From: an uncultured Bacteroidales bacterium
GTDB lineage: Bacteria; Bacteroidota; Bacteroidia; Bacteroidales; F082
DNA: 64,000 nucleotides
Direction: 5' to 3'
Assembly (NCBI GenBank): GCA_946187645.1
Contig: CAMHRP010000020.1
Location: forward strand, 1,780 to 65,779
Shown here: piece by piece, positions 16,597 through 26,647 of the stretch
Layout of the letters: each line of letters opens with the position of its first letter
Position numbering within the stretch: the first letter of the stretch is position 1
Notes under the pieces: model-generated
Told to the model about the DNA's origin: nothing
What the model saw: only the letters and a program-made list of their open reading frames with translations
Database searches by the model: none
Translations under genes and position numbers: made by a program

Positions 16597-19140
16597 ATGA
16601 AGGTTTTACGCTATTTTATCATCCTGCTTGCCACTGTGATTTGTGGCAATCTATTCGCGCAGAAAAGCCAGCAGGAATTAAACCAACTCATGCAAGAACG
16701 CAACGAGTACTATTTTACTTTTTGTTTGAACGGCAACGACGACTTGAAAGCCATTGCCCAAACCATTTCCGTCGACCGCGTTGACGGCAATGTGGTGACC
16801 GCTTACGCCAACAACAAGGATTTTGCCTGTTTTATGAAACTCGGATACGAAGTTACGCTTCAAACTCCGCCTTCCATGCTGGAGAAAGTCGCTATGTGGG
16901 ACGGCAGCAACCGCGCCGAATACGATTGGGACAGCTACCCGACCTATCAGGCATACGAAGACATGATGTTTGAATTCCAGACCAACCATCCCGACAAATG
17001 CGAGATTATCACCCTCGGCACGTTGCCCAGTGGCCGCAAAATCATGATTGCGCACCTCAACAACGGCACAGGAGAAGGCAAGCCCAAGTTCCTTTACACT
17101 TCGACCATCCATGGCGACGAGACCACGGGATGGATTCTGATGCTCCGCCTTATTGACTACCTGCTCGAGAATCCGGACGAACCTGAAGTTCAGACCGTGA
17201 TGAATAACATCGACCTCTACATCGGGCCCAATGCCAATCCTGACGGTACCTACCACGGTGGCAACAATACAGTAAACGGAGCCACAAGAGAAAACGCCAA
17301 CGGTGTAGACATGAACCGCAACTATGCCGACCCACATGGAAGTCCTCACCCCGATGGTTATGAATACCAAACCGAAACCCAATGGTTCATGGACTTTGCC
17401 GCTGAAATCCCCTTTGTGATGGGTGCCAACTATCACGGCGGCGCTGAAGTAATGAACTACCCTTGGGACAACACCTATACCTTTCATGCCGACGACGCCT
17501 GGTATCAGATGATTTGCCATGAATATGCTGACCTCACCCATCAGGTCAATCCTAATTACATGAATGACTACAACAACGGCATCACCAATGGAGCACAATG
17601 GTACATGATTGGCGGAGGCCGTCAGGACTATATGAACGGCTATGCCCAATGCCGCGAGTTGACTATCGAATGCTCGAACACGAAATTGCCTTCCGGCAGT
17701 CAACTTCCCAATTTCTGGAATTACAACAAGGAATCTATCTTTGCTTTCATGAATCAATGCTTATACGGCATTCATGGCACTGTGACCGACAAGGCCAACA
17801 ACCAACCCCTCAACGCCACCATCACCATCACCAACCACGATGACGCGTTCTCTGTCGTTGAAAGCCATTTGCCTGCGGGCGACTACCACCGTCCCATCAA
17901 AGGCGGCACCTATGACGTGACCTACGCCTGCAATGGTTATTATCCTCAGACCTTCACCATCACGGTGGATGACTACGAAACAGTTATTCAAGATGTCCAA
18001 CTTGAAGCGGGCGAAGGTCTTATCCCCGATTTCACCGCCAACATGACCAATGTAGCCCCTGGCGGCAGTGTCAACTTCACAGACAACACTTGGGGTGCTA
18101 ACCTCGTCAGCTGGGAATGGACGTTTGAAGGTGGTGAGCCCGCCACTTCCAATGTACAACATCCTACCGGCATCACCTATAACCAAATCGGCACTTATGA
18201 TGTCTCACTGACCGTCACTAACGGAGAGGGTCAGACTGAAACCATCATCAAGCACAACTTCATCACCGTGAGCGAATCGTACAACATTCAGAACGGCACC
18301 GTAACCACCTGCAATGCTATGTTTTATGATGACGGCGGCCCGAACAGCAACTATCACGACCGCAAAGATTACACCATGACCTTCATGCCCGCTACTCCTG
18401 GCGGATTCATCGAAGCTGTCTTCACGGAGTTCAGCACGGAAGACGGATGGGACCACATGTACATCTACGATGGCACCGACGCCTCTGCCACCCTGATTGG
18501 TGACTTCACAGGAAGCAACTCTCCCGGTACCATCACCGCCACCAATGCCGAAGGTGCCCTGACTTTCCATTTCATTTCCGACTATAACACGAACTCTTCT
18601 GGCTGGATAGCTTCGATACATTGCGCGGGAATACCATCCGAGCCGATTGAATTGGAGGTCTTCGCCGACCCGGAAACCATCCATGAAGAAGAGAGCACAC
18701 TGTTGAGCGTTTATGCTACTGGAGGAGACGGCAACTACACCTACCGTTGGGAGCCCTCTGACATGGTAACCGACCCTGAGGCACAATTCACCAATTCCGT
18801 TCCCTTGTCAAGCAACCAAGTCTTTACTGTGACTGTCACCGATGGCGAAGGCAACACTGAAAGTGCCGAAATCCAAGTCGTTGTCATCCCAGGAGTCAAT
18901 GTCGATGAAAACCAGACGGATCAGATTCAAGTCTATCCCAACCCAAGCAAGGGCAACTTCACTATCGAAGTCGCCGAACCCATCCGTTTTGAGCTTTACA
19001 ACAGCCTCGGACAACTTATCATCGCAGGTCAAAAAGACGGAGGCTCAATCCAGATCCAAACCCAACAGGAAAAAGGTGTATATTTCCTCCGCATTATCGG
19101 CGAAAACGAAAGCAGAATCCAAAAACTCGTTATCGAATAA
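16597..19140 (+). CDS. M14 zinc carboxypeptidase with PKD, CUB-like and T9SS C-terminal sorting domains
   Basis: Signal peptide, HGDETTG and YHGGAEVMNYPWD zinc ligand motifs, PKD (WEWTFEGGEP...YDVSLTVTN), CUB-like (FYDDGGPNSNY...MYIYDG...), CTD (VYPNPSKGNFTIE...GVYFLRI). Confidence 0.85.
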   Translation: MKVLRYFIILLATVICGNLFAQKSQQELNQLMQERNEYYFTFCLNGNDDLKAIAQTISVDRVDGNVVTAYANNKDFACFMKLGYEVTLQTPPSMLEKVAMWDGSNRAEYDWDSYPTYQAYEDMMFEFQTNHPDKCEIITLGTLPSGRKIMIAHLNNGTGEGKPKFLYTSTIHGDETTGWILMLRLIDYLLENPDEPEVQTVMNNIDLYIGPNANPDGTYHGGNNTVNGATRENANGVDMNRNYADPHGSPHPDGYEYQTETQWFMDFAAEIPFVMGANYHGGAEVMNYPWDNTYTFHADDAWYQMICHEYADLTHQVNPNYMNDYNNGITNGAQWYMIGGGRQDYMNGYAQCRELTIECSNTKLPSGSQLPNFWNYNKESIFAFMNQCLYGIHGTVTDKANNQPLNATITITNHDDAFSVVESHLPAGDYHRPIKGGTYDVTYACNGYYPQTFTITVDDYETVIQDVQLEAGEGLIPDFTANMTNVAPGGSVNFTDNTWGANLVSWEWTFEGGEPATSNVQHPTGITYNQIGTYDVSLTVTNGEGQTETIIKHNFITVSESYNIQNGTVTTCNAMFYDDGGPNSNYHDRKDYTMTFMPATPGGFIEAVFTEFSTEDGWDHMYIYDGTDASATLIGDFTGSNSPGTITATNAEGALTFHFISDYNTNSSGWIASIHCAGIPSEPIELEVFADPETIHEEESTLLSVYATGGDGNYTYRWEPSDMVTDPEAQFTNSVPLSSNQVFTVTVTDGEGNTESAEIQVVVIPGVNVDENQTDQIQVYPNPSKGNFTIEVAEPIRFELYNSLGQLIIAGQKDGGSIQIQTQQEKGVYFLRIIGENESRIQKLVIE

Positions 19141-19148
19141 AGCTATAA

Positions 19149-21455
19149 ATGAGATATTTGCGGCATTTCTTGTTCATCCTAGTCGTGACAGTATGCGGAA
19201 ACCTCACGGCCCAAAGCAGCCAAAACGACTTGGAGCAACTCATGCGTAGCCGTGGGGAGTATTATTTTACCCTCACGGTCAGCCAACCCTCAGAAATCCA
19301 AGCCGTCAGCGACCTTTGCTCCGTTGACGGCACCGATGGCCGAACCATAGTATGCTTTGCCAACCAAAACGAGTATGAGATTTTGCTCGAAAAAGGCTAT
19401 CAGCCTCATTTGCTGGCCCCACCCTCGTTGCTCGAAACGCCCATCATGTGGGACGGCAGCCAGCGTGAGACCTACGATTGGGACGCTTATCCTACTTACG
19501 AGGCTTACGAAAATATGATGCAGCAGTTTGCCGCTGAGCACCCCGACCGTTGCACCTATTTTGAACTTGGCACCTTGGCCAGCGGGCGCAAACTCATGTT
19601 CTGTCGCATCAACAACGGGCAAGCCGACGGCAAGCCGAAGTTCCTCTACACCTCGACCATGCACGGCAACGAAACGACCGGTTTCATGCTGATGCTCCGC
19701 CTCATCGACGAACTTTGCTCAAGCAATGACGACCGCATTTTAAACTTAGTCAACAACTTGGACATCTTCATCTGCCCCAACACCAACCCCGACGGCACCT
19801 ATTACGGTGGCAACCACAGCGTATCTGGTGCTCGCCGCAACAATGCCAATGACCTCGACCTTAACCGTCACTATCCCGACTTCGACAAAGGTCCCCACCC
19901 CGACAATGAATGGTGCTATCAAGATGAGACCCTATGGTTGATGAACCTTGCGCAAGACTACAAGTTCACCATGGCTGCCAACTTTCATACTGGCTCCGAA
20001 GTGGTGAACTATCCTTGGGACACCCATCCCTCGCTCCACGCCGACGATGATTGGTGGAAATTGGTCTGCCACGAATACGCCGACCAATGCCACGAATGGG
20101 ACACCAACTACATGAACATGCAGCACCAAGACGCTGATCATGGTATCATCAACGGTTACCAATGGTACACCATTTCGGGCAGCCGTCAGGACTACATGAA
20201 CTACTATGCCCAATGCCGCGAAGTGACGATTGAGACCTCCAACGTTTACATCCCCAATGCCTCGACGATGCCCATGTACTGGAATTACAACCACAACAGC
20301 ATGTTGAGCTACATGGAGCAGTGCCTCAATGGCATACACGGCACCATCACCGATGCCGAAACAGGCGAGGCGATTGAAGCCACCATCAGCATTGAGGGGC
20401 ACGACCATCATGGTTCGGAAGTGAGTTCACATCTGCCAGCGGGCGACTATCACCGACCCATCAAAGGTGGCACCTACGCCGTCACCTATTCAGCCTATGG
20501 CTATGAACCTCAAACGATCACCCTCACCGTAAACGACAACGAGGCCATCACACAAGATGTGCAACTTACACCTATCTCCGACACCCCTGTGCTGGCCAAC
20601 TTTGAAGCCGAAAGGGAATTGCTCACAGTGGGGGCGTCAATGAAGTTCAGAGACCACAGCCAAGGGTTGCGCATCGTCAGCTGGGCATGGCAGTTTGAAG
20701 GCGGCACACCAGCCACCTCTACTGAGCGTAATCCTGTTGTGACCTACGAAGAGTCTGGGACATTCGATGTCACGCTCACTGTTACCGACGCCAGCGGGCA
20801 AACCCATACCATCACGAAAAACGAGTGTATGGATGTCTACCACGCCATTCCCATGCACAATGCAGACATCACCCTTCCCGATTGTCGAGGGTTATTGCTA
20901 CCCTCCGGTGGCGACTGCGGGCATTATGGAGGCAATGAGAACTACAAACTGACCATACGCCCTGATAGCAGCGGCAAGTATGTCAGCGTCACTTTCCTTA
21001 AGTTCAAGACCCAACCTAACGCTGACGTGCTTTCCATCTATGACGGCGCCTCCATAAACTGCCCACTCATCGGCAGGTACTCGGGTTCGGAGCTGCCCGA
21101 CAGCATCACGGCGACCAATCCCTTAGGTGCCTTGACCTTCACATTCAGTTCCGACACCTACATCAACTTCTTCGGTTGGTTGGCCACGTTAACCTGCATC
21201 GGAGGAGAATCTGTAGATGAAAACTTTGCCGAGCGTGCCTTGGTCTATCCTAACCCATGCAAGAACAGCTTCACGATTGAGGCCGATGAATACTCCAACT
21301 ATAAGCTATACAACAGCATCGGGCAACTCATCCAATCGGGAAGCTACCAAGGCAAGACCGAGATTGACACCCATTGTCTGCTTCAAGGCATCTATTTCCT
21401 AGTACTCAATGGTGAAAGCGGGAACCGAGTCGAAAAACTGGTCATAGAAAAATAA
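19149..21455 (+). CDS. M14 zinc carboxypeptidase paralog (PKD, CUB-like, T9SS CTD)
   Basis: Same architecture as the upstream gene (HGNETTG, FHTGSEVVNYPWD, WAWQFEGGTP, VYPNPCKNSFTIE...GIYFLVL), 8 nt downstream of it. Confidence 0.85.
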   Translation: MRYLRHFLFILVVTVCGNLTAQSSQNDLEQLMRSRGEYYFTLTVSQPSEIQAVSDLCSVDGTDGRTIVCFANQNEYEILLEKGYQPHLLAPPSLLETPIMWDGSQRETYDWDAYPTYEAYENMMQQFAAEHPDRCTYFELGTLASGRKLMFCRINNGQADGKPKFLYTSTMHGNETTGFMLMLRLIDELCSSNDDRILNLVNNLDIFICPNTNPDGTYYGGNHSVSGARRNNANDLDLNRHYPDFDKGPHPDNEWCYQDETLWLMNLAQDYKFTMAANFHTGSEVVNYPWDTHPSLHADDDWWKLVCHEYADQCHEWDTNYMNMQHQDADHGIINGYQWYTISGSRQDYMNYYAQCREVTIETSNVYIPNASTMPMYWNYNHNSMLSYMEQCLNGIHGTITDAETGEAIEATISIEGHDHHGSEVSSHLPAGDYHRPIKGGTYAVTYSAYGYEPQTITLTVNDNEAITQDVQLTPISDTPVLANFEAERELLTVGASMKFRDHSQGLRIVSWAWQFEGGTPATSTERNPVVTYEESGTFDVTLTVTDASGQTHTITKNECMDVYHAIPMHNADITLPDCRGLLLPSGGDCGHYGGNENYKLTIRPDSSGKYVSVTFLKFKTQPNADVLSIYDGASINCPLIGRYSGSELPDSITATNPLGALTFTFSSDTYINFFGWLATLTCIGGESVDENFAERALVYPNPCKNSFTIEADEYSNYKLYNSIGQLIQSGSYQGKTEIDTHCLLQGIYFLVLNGESGNRVEKLVIEK

Positions 21456-21490
21456 TAGGGGAAAACACTCGTTAATAACACAAAAATGAG

Positions 21491-21498
21491 TAATTTTG
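21491..21498 (+). promoter_or_regulatory. -7 box (TAATTTTG) for bamD
   Basis: TAnnTTTG 7 nt before the ATG at 21506. Confidence 0.5.
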
Positions 21499-21505
21499 CA
21501 GCCCG

Positions 21506-22303
21506 ATGAAAAATAGACTTTTGATATTGTCACTTTTGGCTTTTGTAGCCTTCACCTCATGCAACGACTTCAACCGTTTGGTGAAAAGCACCGACAACGA
21601 GATGAAGTACGAAGTTGCGGTAGACTATTACGAGCGAGGCGACTACAACCATGCCCTGCAGCTGTTTGACCTGCTGCAAGCCTCGTTCCGCAACACCCCG
21701 AGAGGTGAATCCATCACTTACAAGACCGCCTTGTGCTATTATCATCAGGACGACTATGAAATCGCGGGCTACTACTTCAACCGTTTCGTTCAGACCTATC
21801 CCTTTTCCAAAGACGCCGAAAAAGCCGCTTTCATGCAAGCCTATTGCAGCTATTTGCTTTCGCCAGAACCTGGATTGGACCAAACCAACACGTTCAATGC
21901 CATCAAACAACTGAACAACTTCGCCGAACGGTATCCCAACAGCGACAGTCTTAATCGCGTCAACCAACTGCTGACCAACCTCAACGACAAATTGGAGGAA
22001 AAAGACTACAACATCTGCCGATTGTTTTACCGCATGGAGAACTACAGTGCGGCTATCACCTCGTTTGAGAACATGCTGAAGAAGTATCCCAACACCACAC
22101 ACCGCGAGGAAATCATTTTCGACATGGCCAAAACCTATTACGACTATGCCGAGAACAGCGTGGCCGAAAAACAGCGTGAGCGTTATGAGTCGTGCATCGA
22201 ACAATGCAATGCACTCTCTTATCTCTATCCAGAGAGCAAACACTTCAACGATGTCCAAAACATCGCTACCAAAGCAAGAAAGAAATTAGAAAACATCAAA
22301 TAA
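21506..22303 (+). CDS. bamD: outer membrane protein assembly factor BamD (TPR lipoprotein)
   Basis: Lipobox FTSC and TPR-like repeats (YYERGDYNHALQLFD...). Confidence 0.8.
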   Translation: MKNRLLILSLLAFVAFTSCNDFNRLVKSTDNEMKYEVAVDYYERGDYNHALQLFDLLQASFRNTPRGESITYKTALCYYHQDDYEIAGYYFNRFVQTYPFSKDAEKAAFMQAYCSYLLSPEPGLDQTNTFNAIKQLNNFAERYPNSDSLNRVNQLLTNLNDKLEEKDYNICRLFYRMENYSAAITSFENMLKKYPNTTHREEIIFDMAKTYYDYAENSVAEKQRERYESCIEQCNALSYLYPESKHFNDVQNIATKARKKLENIK

Positions 22304-22305
22304 CC

Positions 22306-22644
22306 ATGGATTTCAAGAAAATCAAAACGGAAACGACGGTTGTCACCCGTCAGAAAGACCAGTTCTACAAAGGCACCGGCAACATCTACGAGACCGTGGC
22401 CATCCTGTCCATCAGAGCCAACCAGATTGCTTCTGAGATGAAGGCTGAACTCAACGAAAAAATTGAGTCGTTCGCCTCGGCCACCAACGACAGTCTGGAA
22501 GAAGTGTTCGAAAACAAGGAACAAATCGAAATCGCCAAGTTCTACGAACGTCTACCCAAGCCCACGTTGATTGCCATCCACGAATTCCTTCACGACCAGA
22601 TCTACTTCCGCAATCCCGCAAAAGAGAATCAGGAAGCATTCTGA
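22306..22644 (+). CDS. RNA polymerase omega-like (Rpb6/RpoZ family) protein
   Basis: 112 aa, NIYETVAILSIRANQI motif, conserved position after bamD. The ORF-track N-terminal extension overlaps bamD and is rejected. Confidence 0.65.
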   Translation: MDFKKIKTETTVVTRQKDQFYKGTGNIYETVAILSIRANQIASEMKAELNEKIESFASATNDSLEEVFENKEQIEIAKFYERLPKPTLIAIHEFLHDQIYFRNPAKENQEAF

Positions 22645-22672
22645 TCCAAGACCACGAAAAAAGGGAGAAGCC

Positions 22673-23590
22673 ATGAAAAGACACTTTGCTACACTAATCA
22701 CATTTATCTGCTGCCTGCTGAGCTTCAACACCATGCAAGCCCAGGAGCTGCAATGCGATGTGCGTGTCAGTTCTGCCAAGATTCCTGGCAGCGACAAGAC
22801 CATCTACCAAAACCTGCAGACCTCTCTCTTTGAGTTCATCAACAACACGAAATTCACGGAAATCAACTTCAGGCAAGCGGAAAAAATCGAATGCTCCATA
22901 CTCGTGGACATGCTCACCAGAGAGAACAACAACTTCACGGCTGAAATCAATGTGGCATTACGCCGTCCGGTCTACAAGACGAACTACAGCACCCCGTTGT
23001 TCAACTACATCGACCGCAAGTTCTTCTTCGAGTATACCGACGGACAGACCCTCGACTTCAACCCCAGCACCTACATTTCCAACATTACAAGTACCATTGG
23101 GTTTTACGTGTATGTCATGCTGGGTCTCGACTTCGACAGTTTCTCCCCCAACGGAGGCGACCCCTTCTTTGCCATCGCTGAGACGATTGCCAACGCCGCA
23201 CCACAAGATGTAGGGGCTGATAACGGATGGAGTTCATCAGGTCGCCAAAACCGTCACGCCATCATCAGTGACATCAACAATGCAACCTACCAGCCTTTGC
23301 GCCAGTTCCTTTATGACTATCACCGCACCGGCTTGGATGTGATGGCTGAGCACCCAGATCAAGGCCGCGAAGCCATACTCGGCGCTATCTCCAACCTCAG
23401 AGCAGTGTATGACCGCAACCCCATGTGCTACTTCCTGCAGCTCATCATCGAGAGCAAACGCGATGAAATCATCCAAGTCTTCTCGCAAGGCGAGATGAAA
23501 ATCAGAACCGAAGCCGCCAACATCCTGAAAGCCATCGACCCCTCACAATCGTCGAGATACGATGAGATGCTGCAAAACAAAGGCTTCTAA
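22673..23590 (+). CDS. DUF4835-family protein (possibly the family now annotated as T9SS PorD)
   Basis: Signal peptide ..NTMQAQ, then ELQCDVRVSSAKIPGSDKTIYQNLQTSLFEFINNTKFT, typical of DUF4835. Confidence 0.75.
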   Translation: MKRHFATLITFICCLLSFNTMQAQELQCDVRVSSAKIPGSDKTIYQNLQTSLFEFINNTKFTEINFRQAEKIECSILVDMLTRENNNFTAEINVALRRPVYKTNYSTPLFNYIDRKFFFEYTDGQTLDFNPSTYISNITSTIGFYVYVMLGLDFDSFSPNGGDPFFAIAETIANAAPQDVGADNGWSSSGRQNRHAIISDINNATYQPLRQFLYDYHRTGLDVMAEHPDQGREAILGAISNLRAVYDRNPMCYFLQLIIESKRDEIIQVFSQGEMKIRTEAANILKAIDPSQSSRYDEMLQNKGF

Positions 23591-23604
23591 CAAGTCCTTC
23601 TTCA

Positions 23605-25257
23605 ATGCTCAAGCAACTGCACATCAGTAATTACGCCCTGATTGACGAACTGAGTGTCGGTTTTGAGATAGGTTTCAATGTCATTACCGGCGAAACTGGC
23701 GCGGGCAAGTCCATCCTGCTCGGCGCCTTGGGTTTTGCCTTGGGCGACCGTGCCGACACCGGGGTGCTCTACGACAAGGACAAAAAATGCGTGGTGGAAG
23801 CCCAATTTGCGTTGGATGACGAAAACCTGAAGCCCCTGTTTGAGGAAAATGACCTCGACTTTGAGGCCGAGTGCATCTTTCGCCGTGAACTCAACCCGCA
23901 GAAGAAAAGCCGAGCTTTCATAAACGACACACCCGTGGCCTTGCAGACCATGAAAGAGATTGGAAGCCAACTGGTCGACATCCACTCGCAGCACGACTCC
24001 CTCCTACTCACCGATGCCGATTTCCAACTGAAGCTGTTGGACGAAATCGCGCAAAATAGCGAGTTGCTGGCCGAATACCAGACCGAATACGGCCACTACA
24101 ATGCCCTCAAGCGCAAGCTGAACGAGCTGAAGGATATGGCGACCAAAAACACTGCCGAGAACGACTACCTGAAATTCCAGTTGGACGAACTCGACAAAGC
24201 CGACCTGAAGGAAGGCGAATATGCCGACATCGAACAGACCCTCAGCGTGATGGAGAATGCAGAGGAAATCAAGACCTTGCTCGTCACCGCCAACGGGCTG
24301 ATGGACGACTCGGAGAACGCCATCTTGGGACAAGTCAACGCACTGACCTCAACGCTGCAAAGGATGAAGCACCTGTTGCCCGACACCGAGGAGTTGGCCG
24401 AACGCGTCGAGAACCTAAAGGTGGAGCTGAAAGACATCGCCTACGACCTACGCCGCAAGGAAGACGAGACCCAATTCGACGAAGGGCAGCTGCAAAGCCT
24501 TCAGGAACGCTACGACCTGCTCAGCCGCCTGATGATGAAACACCGCGTCGGCAGTTTTGAGGAGCTCATCGCCTTGCGCGACAGCCTGAAGGAAAAGGTG
24601 AATGCCTTCGAGAATATCGACGAGGCCATCGCCCAAGCCGAAAAAGAGCTGAAAACCTGCGAAAAACAACTATCGAGGCTTGCCAAGGCGCTGCACGACA
24701 AACGTTGCCAAGCCGCAGTGGCTTTTGGCGAGAAAGTCATGGTATTGGTACGGCAGTTGGCCATGCCCTTTGCCCAGTTCCAAGTCAGCGTGGAAAGCCA
24801 AGCCAACTTTGGCAGCAAGGGCAGTGACGAAATCCGTTTCCTCTTCTCCGCCAATAAAGGCATTGCCCCCGACGACATCCGCCGTGTGGCCTCAGGCGGC
24901 GAGCTTTCCCGCCTGATGCTCTCCATCAAGAGTGCCGTTTCGGACTACAACTACATCCCTACCCTTATCTTCGACGAAATCGACACGGGCGTTTCGGGCG
25001 AAGTGGCTGCCAAAATCGGAGGCATCATGCGGCAGATGGGCAACGCGTTGCAACTCATCTCCATCACCCACCTGCCCCAGGTGGCCAGTCAGGCCGAGCA
25101 CCATTACTTCATCTACAAGGACAACGAAGGCGAACGCACACAATCGCACATTCGCCTGTTGGATTCCAAGGAGCGCATCCAGGAAATCGCCAAGATGCTC
25201 AGCAATGACCAAGTCACGCCTGAAGCGATAAAGGCTGCTGAAGTACTTATAAAATAA
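23605..25257 (+). CDS. recN: DNA repair protein RecN
   Basis: MLKQLHISNYALID...ITGETGAGKSIL, coiled-coil middle, C-terminal SGGELSRLMLS...IFDEIDTG. Confidence 0.95.
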   Translation: MLKQLHISNYALIDELSVGFEIGFNVITGETGAGKSILLGALGFALGDRADTGVLYDKDKKCVVEAQFALDDENLKPLFEENDLDFEAECIFRRELNPQKKSRAFINDTPVALQTMKEIGSQLVDIHSQHDSLLLTDADFQLKLLDEIAQNSELLAEYQTEYGHYNALKRKLNELKDMATKNTAENDYLKFQLDELDKADLKEGEYADIEQTLSVMENAEEIKTLLVTANGLMDDSENAILGQVNALTSTLQRMKHLLPDTEELAERVENLKVELKDIAYDLRRKEDETQFDEGQLQSLQERYDLLSRLMMKHRVGSFEELIALRDSLKEKVNAFENIDEAIAQAEKELKTCEKQLSRLAKALHDKRCQAAVAFGEKVMVLVRQLAMPFAQFQVSVESQANFGSKGSDEIRFLFSANKGIAPDDIRRVASGGELSRLMLSIKSAVSDYNYIPTLIFDEIDTGVSGEVAAKIGGIMRQMGNALQLISITHLPQVASQAEHHYFIYKDNEGERTQSHIRLLDSKERIQEIAKMLSNDQVTPEAIKAAEVLIK

Positions 25258-25339
25258 TAATTCCGTTTCATACAATATTTTTCCTGTTTTGCTGTTAAAA
25301 TAGCGAATATCGATATTGTATCATCAAAACACCCATCCA

Positions 25340-26563
25340 ATGAAAAAGATTATTTTGATTGCCATCGCTGTCATGATGGTATTAGTAAGCTGCAAAAAAG
25401 AGCCCAAAGCTAACGACAACCCAAGAGCTGACATCCAATTGACCAATACCGAGAGACAGTTGGTCAGCGACAACAACGACTTCGCCTTCAACCTTTTCCG
25501 CACTGCACAAAACGAGGGGAGCCAAATCATTTCGCCACTGAGCATCACCTACTCGTTGGGAATGCTCAACAACGGAGCTGTCGGCCAAACCCAACAGGAA
25601 ATCAATACCGTACTTGGTTTTGGCGACACTGGAGCGGATGCCATCAATGACTTCTGCAAAAAGATGCTTACCGAGGCACCTTCCCTCGATAAAATGACCA
25701 AGGTGATGATTGCCAACACCATCTTTGTCAACAGTGGCCAAGGCTACGAGCTGAAACCTCCTTTCGTGGAAAAAGCCAACACCTATTACGATGCCAAGCC
25801 CGAATCGCGCGACTTCAAAGACGGCCGTACACTCGATGTCATCAACCAATGGGCCAGCGACCACACCGAACTAATGATCAAGAAAGCCCTTGAGGAAAAC
25901 GAATTCTATCCCGAGGCGGTGAGTTATCTGCTCAATGCCATCTATTTCAAAGGTGAATGGAGCATGAAATTCAAAAAGAACGAGACCAAGGATGAGCCCT
26001 TCAACAATGGCAACAAGGTGCCGATGATGCATCAGGAATGTGAACTCTCCTATGCTGACAACGACACCTACCAATCACTCAACCTGCCCTACGGCAACGG
26101 TGCCTATTGCATGACCGTCATGCTGCCACACGAAGGCAAGACCACAGATGACATCCTTAGCCAATTGAACGGACAAAGCTGGAATGATAACCTCCATCAG
26201 ATGTACACCCACATCGTCGACGTAAAACTTCCCCGTTTCGAGACCAACACCAACTTGAATTTGGTGGAAATCATGTCAAGACTTGGTATGCCGACTGCTT
26301 TTGCCCCCAACCAAGCCCAATTCGACGAGTTTTGCAACGTTCCCACTTATATCGAACTCATGAAACAAGTGGCCAAAATAAAATTGGATGAAGAAGGCAC
26401 TGAGGCTGCTGCAGTTACGGTAACAGGCATGACCAACACTTCTGTTGGAGAAGAGCCAGAGCTGCCCTACGCCGTGTTTCACGCCGATCGTAGCTTTCTC
26501 TATGTAATCAGCGAGCAATCAACAGGGGCCATTTTCTTCATCGGAAAATACACTGGGAAATAA
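25340..26563 (+). CDS. serpin-family protease inhibitor, lipoprotein (miropin-like)
   Basis: Lipobox LVSC, serpin core (ISPLSITYSLGMLNNGA, NAIYFKGEW), hinge EEGTEAAAVT and C-terminal FHADRSFLY. Confidence 0.9.
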   Translation: MKKIILIAIAVMMVLVSCKKEPKANDNPRADIQLTNTERQLVSDNNDFAFNLFRTAQNEGSQIISPLSITYSLGMLNNGAVGQTQQEINTVLGFGDTGADAINDFCKKMLTEAPSLDKMTKVMIANTIFVNSGQGYELKPPFVEKANTYYDAKPESRDFKDGRTLDVINQWASDHTELMIKKALEENEFYPEAVSYLLNAIYFKGEWSMKFKKNETKDEPFNNGNKVPMMHQECELSYADNDTYQSLNLPYGNGAYCMTVMLPHEGKTTDDILSQLNGQSWNDNLHQMYTHIVDVKLPRFETNTNLNLVEIMSRLGMPTAFAPNQAQFDEFCNVPTYIELMKQVAKIKLDEEGTEAAAVTVTGMTNTSVGEEPELPYAVFHADRSFLYVISEQSTGAIFFIGKYTGK

Positions 26564-26585
26564 TCCTCAACGACTCCTGAACACG

Positions 26586-26627
26586 ACAGAAAACGCTGCC
26601 AAATGATAGTTTGACAGCGTTTTCTGT
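26586..26627. terminator. bidirectional terminator between the convergent serpin and C10 protease genes
   Basis: ACAGAAAACGCTG-loop-CAGCGTTTTCTGT, a perfect 13-bp stem. Confidence 0.7.
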
Positions 26628-26647
26628 GTATTTCCTTCTAGGAAGCC

